A stretch of 64,000 nucleotides of DNA from a virus. Within the stretch, counting starts at the first letter, position 1, and the number at the start of each line of letters is the position of its first letter. The notes under the pieces are model-generated. The model was given only the letters and a program-made list of their open reading frames with translations. It was not told the origin of the DNA and did not search any database. This document shows positions 57,110-64,000 of this stretch, piece after piece. The stretch spans positions 96,001 to 160,000 of IMG/VR virus record IMGVR_UViG_3300046170_000494. The stretch is one strand, 5' to 3'. The translations under genes and the position numbers were made by a program.

Positions 57110-57958
57110 ATGAAACCGCAATTCCAACACGAAGTAACAACAAGTTTTATGTTATGGGCAGATAATTTTCTATTAAGAAAAGGTGAAGCTTATACAAATT
57201 ATGTATCAACTTTCTATCCAAATACAAGTGATGATAGATTAGGTCCAGGATTAGTTAGCTACAGTAGCCCTCACAAACAGTGGGTTTTTGACAGTAGTAT
57301 AGAAGGCGCAAATATTCCTAGTGGAGTATATGACAACGGCACCTTTATTCCAAGAGATACAAATGGATTAAAATTAGACTTCGATAATGGTCGAGCAATA
57401 CTTGATTCTTCATTCGGAGACTCTAAAACAACAGTTAGCGGAGAATATTCAGTAAAAGATTTCAATTTTTACATTACAAACCAAACAGAAGAGCAATTAA
57501 TAATAGATAGTAAATTCGATACAAATAATAGATTTAAACAAGATGTATCAGGAATCGCGCCTTACAAACAAGTTATACCAGCAATTTTTGTTAATTCAGA
57601 AGTTTCTGAAAACGAACCTTACGCTTTTGGAGGAGAAGATAAAACATCAACAAATATAAGATGTGTTGTTTTCGCGGAAAATACATATCAACTTGACGGC
57701 GCACTATCTATTTTTAATGATGCAAAAAATGAAGTATATGCAAAATTAAGTTTTGAAGATTATCCATTAAATGAATATGGAGATGTTATAGACTTTAATT
57801 ATAGAGAACTTTCAGACAACACAAAACAACAATATTTTCACATAGAAGAAGCAAGAGTTTCTAAATTAAGTGATAGAATAAATAAAAATATAGACCCAAC
57901 TTTATTTGTAGGATTTATTGATTTTGAAATTACAAATTTAAGATTTCCACGATCATAA
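57110..57958 (+). CDS. putative tail terminator protein
   Basis: immediately upstream of the tube gene; IPAIFV...IRCVVFAENTYQLDGALSIF alpha/beta pattern. Confidence 0.45.
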   Translation: MKPQFQHEVTTSFMLWADNFLLRKGEAYTNYVSTFYPNTSDDRLGPGLVSYSSPHKQWVFDSSIEGANIPSGVYDNGTFIPRDTNGLKLDFDNGRAILDSSFGDSKTTVSGEYSVKDFNFYITNQTEEQLIIDSKFDTNNRFKQDVSGIAPYKQVIPAIFVNSEVSENEPYAFGGEDKTSTNIRCVVFAENTYQLDGALSIFNDAKNEVYAKLSFEDYPLNEYGDVIDFNYRELSDNTKQQYFHIEEARVSKLSDRINKNIDPTLFVGFIDFEITNLRFPRS

Positions 57959-58016
57959 TTCCCTTTTTAAAATAAAAAATGTAATTAGTGAAAGAAATTT
58001 AACCTTTTAAAATATT

Positions 58017-59309
58017 ATGGCAGACAAACATAGAGCACGAGTAATTTATCAAAGTGAGGCATTATATGCAGGCACAGTTGATGCAACAGGTAATCACTTC
58101 AGCACTTCAACGGACTGGAGCACTAGAGCAGGATACAAAACGCACGCAACTTACGCATCTGCAGTTGCAGAGGGAGCAGATATTCGCACAGGTATCCAAC
58201 AACTAAGGAGAGTACAGAGCGCAAACTATAGCTTTTCTATCAACAGGCAAGATGTAAATCAGTTCGGACAATTAGGAAGAATTGACTCAGTTGCAATTGA
58301 CCCTCCCACCGTAACGCTGGATTTCTCTTATTACATCACAAATGGAGTGAATGAAAGAATTTTAGGTATGAATGTATTAGGTCAGCAAAGTGCTCTTGCT
58401 GATGAAATCGTAGATGGCTTAGTTTGTGGGGATCCAGTTGGCCACGATGGGCAAAACTTTTTCATACTCACAACATGCGAAGGTCATGATGCAGTTAATA
58501 ATGAGGATATCGACAACATGAAAAGTGTTATTGCGCTTGGAAACGGTTATATCTCTAATTATTCTATAGAAGCTGCAGTAGGAGGTATGCCTACAGCAAA
58601 TGTTACTGTAGACGGTTTAAATTTAAAAAGTTATGTAGGAACTACTGGGCTAAGTTCTCCAGCTATTAATGTGAACTATGGCATCCCAGTTGACGGGGTA
58701 GAGTTTAGCATTCCCCCAGCAATTAGTGGAGTTTTAAATGATAGTGCGGCAGACCCTAACGCAGAAACAGAAGGATGGTCTTGCTTGCGTCCAGGAGACA
58801 TTACAATGGCACTAGGTACAGACGGAAAAGCTGGAGAATTCGAGAATTTACCTTATGAAGATGCCCCGCATGACTTTACCGCAGGAGCAGCTCACATTCA
58901 AAGTTTTTCTATTGACGTACCGCTTTCTAGATCTGTTCTAAATAGATTAGGAAGTCCTTATGGATACGCTAGGGTTGTAGACTACCCAGTCAATGTCAGC
59001 GTTAGCGTTAGCGCTATAATGTCTGATTTAAAAGAGGGTAATGTAGCAGATCTAATCTGGGATACAGAAGAGCACGACTTAGTGTTTACTCTTCGCGAAC
59101 CAGAACCTTATGGTACAGGAAAGAAAGCTATCGAATACAGAGTGAAAGGAGCTCTTCTTGAGGGAGAATCATTCAGCTCCTCTATTGGAGACAATAAGAG
59201 TGTGGACTTGACATTTACCGCTCAGATTGGTGGCCCAGAAGACCTTGCAAGAGGATTGATGATCTCTGGATCAAGAAACGCTCTAACAATTACTGGCGAA
59301 TTCGCTTAG
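58017..59309 (+). CDS. major tail tube protein candidate with internally duplicated tube domain
   Basis: RVQSANYSFSINRQDVNQFG...NYSIEAAVGGMPTANV and HIQSFSIDVPLSRSVLNRLG...LEGESFSSSIGDNKSVDLTF halves; follows neck genes and has its own terminator. Confidence 0.75.
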   Translation: MADKHRARVIYQSEALYAGTVDATGNHFSTSTDWSTRAGYKTHATYASAVAEGADIRTGIQQLRRVQSANYSFSINRQDVNQFGQLGRIDSVAIDPPTVTLDFSYYITNGVNERILGMNVLGQQSALADEIVDGLVCGDPVGHDGQNFFILTTCEGHDAVNNEDIDNMKSVIALGNGYISNYSIEAAVGGMPTANVTVDGLNLKSYVGTTGLSSPAINVNYGIPVDGVEFSIPPAISGVLNDSAADPNAETEGWSCLRPGDITMALGTDGKAGEFENLPYEDAPHDFTAGAAHIQSFSIDVPLSRSVLNRLGSPYGYARVVDYPVNVSVSVSAIMSDLKEGNVADLIWDTEEHDLVFTLREPEPYGTGKKAIEYRVKGALLEGESFSSSIGDNKSVDLTFTAQIGGPEDLARGLMISGSRNALTITGEFA

Positions 59310-59331
59310 TAATATAATTACATAAAACTTT

Positions 59332-59360
59332 AAAGCCCGTCATTTATGGCGGGCTTTTTT
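59332..59360 (+). terminator. intrinsic terminator between convergent tube genes
   Basis: AAAGCCCGTCAT-TT-ATGGCGGGCTTT hairpin followed by a T-run; A-run on the left suggests possible bidirectional use. Confidence 0.88.
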
Positions 59361-59361
59361 G

Positions 59362-60495
59362 TTAAACCTGATATATCCTCAACCCTTTTGCAGAACTAAT
59401 CCCAAAATTAAAATTAGTGGATACGGTAGATTGTCCACCTATTTGATTTGAAAAAGATTGAGATCTAAGTTGAGCATTATCTATAGCTACATTATTAATT
59501 ACTGAAGCTAATTCTAGTTTTCCGCTGTGATGATATCTATCAGTATGCTTGATTAGGATGTCATACTTAGAACCTTCTTCAAAGAAAGACTCTATTTGAC
59601 CTGTCGCATACTCTCTTACAATCATATTTATACTTGCGGAAGCTATAATTGGAAGTTTTAGTTTTCTACCAAATACATAATTACTACCAAACCCATAAAT
59701 ATCTTGCCTTGGAATAGGCATGTTAATAGAAACACTTTGTATGGCAGCATCAACAGATTCAACTGGAGCTCCACCATATTCTCCTGCGGTTTTAGTTATT
59801 TTTATAATCATATCACCAGGCATTATAGCATTTGCTCCATCAACCACTTCTGGATTAAAAGAGTCGGAATTTAGGTATATTTTTTCTTCAGAAAAAATAT
59901 TATCAACACCAAGTTTAATTGATGGAAGAGTTGGGGCATCATTTGGGTCATACAAATCAAACTTTAAATTGCTTGCTGCGTATGACACGGAGGCAGTAGG
60001 TAAAGATCCTACTTGGGCATTATAGGAGTATTGAGTTAAAAAACAATTTCCAACACCAATAACATTATATCCAGAAAAATCTTCAGTATCTACGAAATTC
60101 AAATCAGTAATATTTCCTTCATTTGCAGAAACCCCTATAATACTTATATCATCAGAAGTTTCAGCTTCAAAATAATTCTTAAAAACACTACCATCAGAGT
60201 AAGTATAAAAACCTATAGCTCTTTCATTTTCTCCGCTAGAAAATAAATACTCTATTTCGCAACTAACCTCGGGTTGCCGTATGATTGGGGACTCTCCATC
60301 TTTTTGTGTAACGTTTTGAACTAACTCATCCGAACCGATTTCTTTAACATCTATAGCTGGATGCTGAAAACCAAAATTCATATTCTGAACTCTAATTAAT
60401 TGCCCTGACGTTGTGCCTCCTTCTTTATATGCAGGAAAATCAGTAACTAAGACACCTAATTTTTCATAAGTGATTCGTGAAGCTGTACATGCCAT
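59362..60495 (-). CDS. tail-tube-fold paralog with duplicated domain
   Basis: LIRVQNMNFGF, GNCFLTQYSYNAQVGSLPTASV, AIQSVSINMPIPRQDIYGFG, AQLRSQSFSNQIG align with 58017..59309. Confidence 0.72.
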   Translation of the reverse strand: MACTASRITYEKLGVLVTDFPAYKEGGTTSGQLIRVQNMNFGFQHPAIDVKEIGSDELVQNVTQKDGESPIIRQPEVSCEIEYLFSSGENERAIGFYTYSDGSVFKNYFEAETSDDISIIGVSANEGNITDLNFVDTEDFSGYNVIGVGNCFLTQYSYNAQVGSLPTASVSYAASNLKFDLYDPNDAPTLPSIKLGVDNIFSEEKIYLNSDSFNPEVVDGANAIMPGDMIIKITKTAGEYGGAPVESVDAAIQSVSINMPIPRQDIYGFGSNYVFGRKLKLPIIASASINMIVREYATGQIESFFEEGSKYDILIKHTDRYHHSGKLELASVINNVAIDNAQLRSQSFSNQIGGQSTVSTNFNFGISSAKGLRIYQV

Positions 60496-60503
60496 TAATC
60501 TGT

Positions 60504-60533
60504 TTACACCTTTTGATCTATTAAGTGTATAAT
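60504..60533. promoter_or_regulatory. back-to-back divergent late promoters (TTACAC-N15-GTGTATAAT)
   Basis: GTGTAA on minus at 60509-60504, 8 nt before ATG 60495; GTGTATAAT on plus at 60525-60533, ahead of ATG 60547. Confidence 0.62.
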
Positions 60534-60546
60534 AAAAAGACTCCTT

Positions 60547-61968
60547 ATGCCTAATAAAAGAATTTCAGATTTCCAAGAAAGAAAAGTTTTGTATTCAGAT
60601 TCTGCTACAGAACCCTTTCCTCATGCGCCAAGATTAAACGATCAGTCTTTAGATGACAATGAAACTTTATTTTTGTTAGCGAGACCTAAAGTTCAAAACG
60701 AAACAATTACATACCCAGATCTAAAAAGTAATATTTTAGATAATTCAATATATTTAACGGGCTCGCAATTAGTTAGTGGGCAAAAAATTTTTACAGATAA
60801 ATGCACTTTTTTAAGTAGAACGAACATAAACGAAGTAATAGATTCTACATTTAGTGGGGATATATCAGGCAATATATTTGTAGGAGAAAGTGGGTTATTG
60901 CAGAGCTTAAAAATAGGAACTGATTTTTTCGAAAGAAAGAGCGACTTTTCTTCTTATACAGCTCATATTTCTGGAGATTCTTGTTTTTTGGGAGACATTA
61001 CGCTGACAGGAGATAATTTTCAAGAAGGTGATTCCTCAAGGATAGGGGACTCCAATCAAATTGGATTTGCTCATATTTCAGGTAATAAAACAATTACAGA
61101 AAATTTATATGCACAACAAAACATTTTTTGTCTTTATGATGACGACACATTTATAAAATTAAAAAATCAACAGATTGATATTGAAGCTGGAGTAAATACA
61201 CGACTACATCTTATAGATGATGAAGATGACCGAATAGTTTTCTACACAAACAATGAAGAGCAGATGAGGTTGTATAAAAACCCTTATTTAGCAATCAATA
61301 ATACAGACCCCATGGGAGAACTGTCGGTTACTGGAAAAGCTTTCATACAAGATATTTTCACTTACGACCATTTTAGTAAAAAATTTAATAGAGTATATGG
61401 TGGAGACGATGAAAATGTATATTTCAAAACAAAATTAAGAAAAGGTAAGAGTCAGTATAAAATTAATTTACCAAAAACATTCAAACTAAAACCGGTCATG
61501 TCAGTTATGCTGGAAAATACGAACGGAGGAGTCATAATTCCACTAATTATCTCCAATATAACTAGACATGATTTTTTAATTGACTTCGCAAAAGAGCTTG
61601 AAGACGATAATTATATCCTGCACACTATGGCGTTGAGTACATCTATCGAACCCGAAGTAGATAAAACTCATTATGACCATTATCCACATGTAGTTTGTTC
61701 TGATAATTCTGCAGGTAGACAGCATAGTCAAAGATTCTATACGCCTATTCAAGAAGTTTCCGACACTGTCGAAATTACTTTTCCATTTAATTACTACAAG
61801 GACACTCCATCTGTATCAGTCACAATCGAAGGGCCAAACAATATTGTTCCACATGCAATATCTAGTGTAAATAATAGATCTTATAAAATAATTTTCGGAA
61901 CTCAAGTGGACAGCAGATATACAATACATACATTTTCAAGCATTGAAGAAACAAAAAGGTTAGGATGA
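60547..61968 (+). CDS. tail fibre-like protein with two C-terminal H-type-lectin-like domains
   Basis: GD/GN beta-repeat shaft; YKINLPKTF...PVMSVML and VEITFP..Y..TPSVSVTIE domains; paralog of 61965..63899. Confidence 0.65.
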   Translation: MPNKRISDFQERKVLYSDSATEPFPHAPRLNDQSLDDNETLFLLARPKVQNETITYPDLKSNILDNSIYLTGSQLVSGQKIFTDKCTFLSRTNINEVIDSTFSGDISGNIFVGESGLLQSLKIGTDFFERKSDFSSYTAHISGDSCFLGDITLTGDNFQEGDSSRIGDSNQIGFAHISGNKTITENLYAQQNIFCLYDDDTFIKLKNQQIDIEAGVNTRLHLIDDEDDRIVFYTNNEEQMRLYKNPYLAINNTDPMGELSVTGKAFIQDIFTYDHFSKKFNRVYGGDDENVYFKTKLRKGKSQYKINLPKTFKLKPVMSVMLENTNGGVIIPLIISNITRHDFLIDFAKELEDDNYILHTMALSTSIEPEVDKTHYDHYPHVVCSDNSAGRQHSQRFYTPIQEVSDTVEITFPFNYYKDTPSVSVTIEGPNNIVPHAISSVNNRSYKIIFGTQVDSRYTIHTFSSIEETKRLG

Positions 61969-63899
61969 ACACTCCAGACAACAGATTATCAAACTTTAAA
62001 CATATGCGTACATTGTTGTCCGACGGACTATCTCCGTTTCCACACCATACAATTATTCGAGAATCGGGAAATAAAGATGATGATGTGTTATTTTTAATAG
62101 CTGAATCAGGCTCGCACAATGAAAAAATCACTTATAAAAATTTAAAAAAATCAATTTTAGATAACAGCGTCTTATTGACGGGTAATCAATTAATAAGTGG
62201 AGAAAAAACTTTCGCAGATGTATGTACATTCGAAAGTACAATTTACATAAATGAGGTTATAGATATAACTCAAACTGGAGATATAAGCGGAAATATTTTT
62301 GTGGGTGAAAGCGGTTTATTTGAAAACGTGGGAGTAGGATTACATTATACAGACAGAAGAATTATTAAAGACGTTTTTAGCGATTTCCCCAGAGACGACT
62401 CAGAATATTTAGAGTATGATTTTGGCGGAGGGATAAAGTCAGGGATCCTTGATTTTGATGAAAATGATAATCCAGATTTATCGACATCAATTAAATCTTA
62501 CGAAATATATGAGCCTTCGGGATATTATAACTCAAATATACCAGAGTCGCAGCAAAACTACACTGGAGATTTATCTTTAGACGGCCATTCATTTATTCCT
62601 GATGAAATTCACAGAGAAATGGGAGGAGCTTGGTTAGGAATTGATTTCGCTTCGCCATTTAATTATAAAGGTTTTGCTGTATACAGAAAAGCGATAGAAA
62701 ATTCTGCAGATCAATTTAAAGTAGTTGCATCAAATAATGGAAAAGACTGGTATACAATACATAGAGTTAGTGGTTTAACTGAATCAGATTATAAAAATCA
62801 AGACCAAAGAACCTCTTTTGAATTACAAGATTACTATCCAGAAAAGTATTCTAAGTATCGTCTGGTTGCGCAAAAAATAATTTCAGGAAACTATTGGGAA
62901 CTTGGTCATTTTAACTTTTCTGGGGTAGAATTTCATGAGCACGTGCATACCGTTGACCCAAATTACACATTGCATGTTTCTGGAGATTCTTGTTTCTTGG
63001 GAGATATGACGCAAACAGGGAATACAAGACAATCTGGAGATTTATATAGATTAGGTAATTTTACGCAAACCGGAGATACCCGTATAGATGGTAACGAAAT
63101 AGTTACTGGTGATATACATTTAGGTAAAACACTGTATCATTTAAACGATGAAGATACTTATATTGCTTATACAGATGATAAAGTAGATATTAGCGCAGGA
63201 GATGGAGTTAAAGTTATTTTAAATGAAATAGAAGATAATAAAATTCAATTTTTTACCAATGGTGTTGAGCAAATGCGCCTAGATGAGAGCGGTTTTCTTG
63301 GTATTAACACAACTACGCCTTTTGCAGAACTATCTGTAACAGGGGATTCGTATCTCGAATGTTTATTTACAACAGGAGAAGATGGGCAATGGGAAAGAGT
63401 CTATGGTGGATCAGATGAGGTTGTTACTTTTGTCACTGAATTAGATGGCGGAGAAGATGTTTATAAAATAGATTTCCCAAAAACTTTTGGAGAAAAACCT
63501 TCAGTAACACTTTCTTTAGAGAATGACCAAGGAGGACCTATTGTTCCGTATATAATTTCTGGAATCAACGGTCACGAATATTATGTTAATTTTGGTTCAG
63601 AACTTTCAAATCATGGATATAAAATTCATACTTCAGCAAGAGCAACAGGTCAATCTTCGGTAAATAAAACGACAACACAATCTTTTATAACAGAAATAAC
63701 TCCTCAAACAAATAAAGATATATATGAAATATTTTACCCCAATCAATTTCATGCAAATCCAGTTGTCTCTGCGACATTAGAGCATGAGAGTGCGATTCTA
63801 CCTTATGTTATATCAGGAATAACATCCACTTCATACAAGATTGTTTTTGGAAGGGAATTGCATGATACTTGCAAAATTCACACTCATGCAGTCAGATAG
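61965..63899 (+). CDS. tail fibre-like protein with discoidin (F5/8 type C)-like insert and two H-type-lectin-like domains
   Basis: WLGIDFASP...FKVVASNNGKDWYTI...YSKYRLV...WELGHFNF insert; YKIDFPKTFGEKPSVTLSLE and YEIFYPNQFHANPVVSATLE domains. Confidence 0.7.
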   Translation: MNTPDNRLSNFKHMRTLLSDGLSPFPHHTIIRESGNKDDDVLFLIAESGSHNEKITYKNLKKSILDNSVLLTGNQLISGEKTFADVCTFESTIYINEVIDITQTGDISGNIFVGESGLFENVGVGLHYTDRRIIKDVFSDFPRDDSEYLEYDFGGGIKSGILDFDENDNPDLSTSIKSYEIYEPSGYYNSNIPESQQNYTGDLSLDGHSFIPDEIHREMGGAWLGIDFASPFNYKGFAVYRKAIENSADQFKVVASNNGKDWYTIHRVSGLTESDYKNQDQRTSFELQDYYPEKYSKYRLVAQKIISGNYWELGHFNFSGVEFHEHVHTVDPNYTLHVSGDSCFLGDMTQTGNTRQSGDLYRLGNFTQTGDTRIDGNEIVTGDIHLGKTLYHLNDEDTYIAYTDDKVDISAGDGVKVILNEIEDNKIQFFTNGVEQMRLDESGFLGINTTTPFAELSVTGDSYLECLFTTGEDGQWERVYGGSDEVVTFVTELDGGEDVYKIDFPKTFGEKPSVTLSLENDQGGPIVPYIISGINGHEYYVNFGSELSNHGYKIHTSARATGQSSVNKTTTQSFITEITPQTNKDIYEIFYPNQFHANPVVSATLEHESAILPYVISGITSTSYKIVFGRELHDTCKIHTHAVR

Positions 63900-63909
63900 C
63901 CGAAAACTG

Positions 63910-63924
63910 GTGTAATACAATACG
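63910..63924 (+). promoter_or_regulatory. putative late promoter GTGTAA, 9 nt before ATG
   Basis: GTGTAA-TACAATACG-ATG. Confidence 0.55.
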
Positions 63925-64000
63925 ATGATCTCAAAACATATATTTACTTCGGATGTTGTTAGCGGAAAAGCTTTTTGGTTAAATAATTTACAATCTACTG
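63925..64000 (+). CDS. partial hypothetical protein running off the right edge (MISKHIFTSDVVSGKAFWLNNLQST...)
   Basis: frame open to the window end; located using the promoter-motif spacing rule; not in the ORF track. Confidence 0.55.
   Translation, partial: MISKHIFTSDVVSGKAFWLNNLQST

Noticed and set aside
26796-63899. Diversity-generating retroelement acting on fibre tips
   Set aside because: No reverse transcriptase and no template/variable repeat pair differing at adenines seen in this window; elements elsewhere in the genome cannot be excluded.
1-64000. Alternative genetic code (stop-codon reassignment)
   Set aside because: Standard code yields long, tightly packed ORFs, and TAA, TAG and TGA all end genes at sensible boundaries.
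1-64000. tRNA, rRNA, introns, inteins, transposases
   Set aside because: Intergenic gaps are too short or lack cloverleaf motifs, and no intein, homing-endonuclease or transposase signatures were recognised by eye; a covariance-model scan would be needed to be certain.

Overview
AT-rich (roughly 30% GC by eye), gene-dense 64-kb segment of a large tailed dsDNA bacteriophage using the standard genetic code. It has a lambda/T5-like long non-contractile tail. No capsid, portal, terminase, polymerase, rRNA, tRNA, CRISPR array or integrase is visible. Layout: (i) 1-11.7 kb, minus strand: three Ser/Gly/Thr-rich virion/fibre proteins, two with long perfect tandem repeats, followed by two DUF2827-like putative glycosyltransferases and a GT25-GT32 fusion; (ii) 11.7-14.9 kb, minus: FmdB-like protein, GT4, SSB, sigma-70-family sigma factor, dNMP kinase; (iii) 15.1-26.7 kb, plus: HTH protein, a large glycan operon (GT9, GT4, GT25, GT32, HAD-nucleotidyltransferase, GDPD-like, WavE-like), a Whirly-like ssDNA-binding protein, a GT4-Zn ribbon-GT9(N) fusion with a separate GT9(C), and a Rad52/Sak-like annealase candidate; (iv) 26.8-56 kb, minus: chaperone pair, 2299-aa tape measure, two tube-like paralogs, tandem gpM, gpL, gpK, gpI-gpJ fusion, giant J-C-terminal fibre and a stand-alone S74 chaperone; (v) 56-64 kb: head-tail joining genes, tail tube paralogs and lectin-tipped fibres. 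Most notable observations: a candidate virion-glycosylation module under late control; a GTGTAW late-promoter motif giving mostly leaderless transcripts next to a phage sigma factor; a phage protein aligning by eye with plant Whirly proteins but carrying an SSB-type acidic tail; a PD-(D/E)xK-like cargo between GxIPNF repeats in the tape measure; and internal duplication of both tube and Dit domains, suggesting a three-fold tail. All family calls come from motif recognition by eye; no database search was run.
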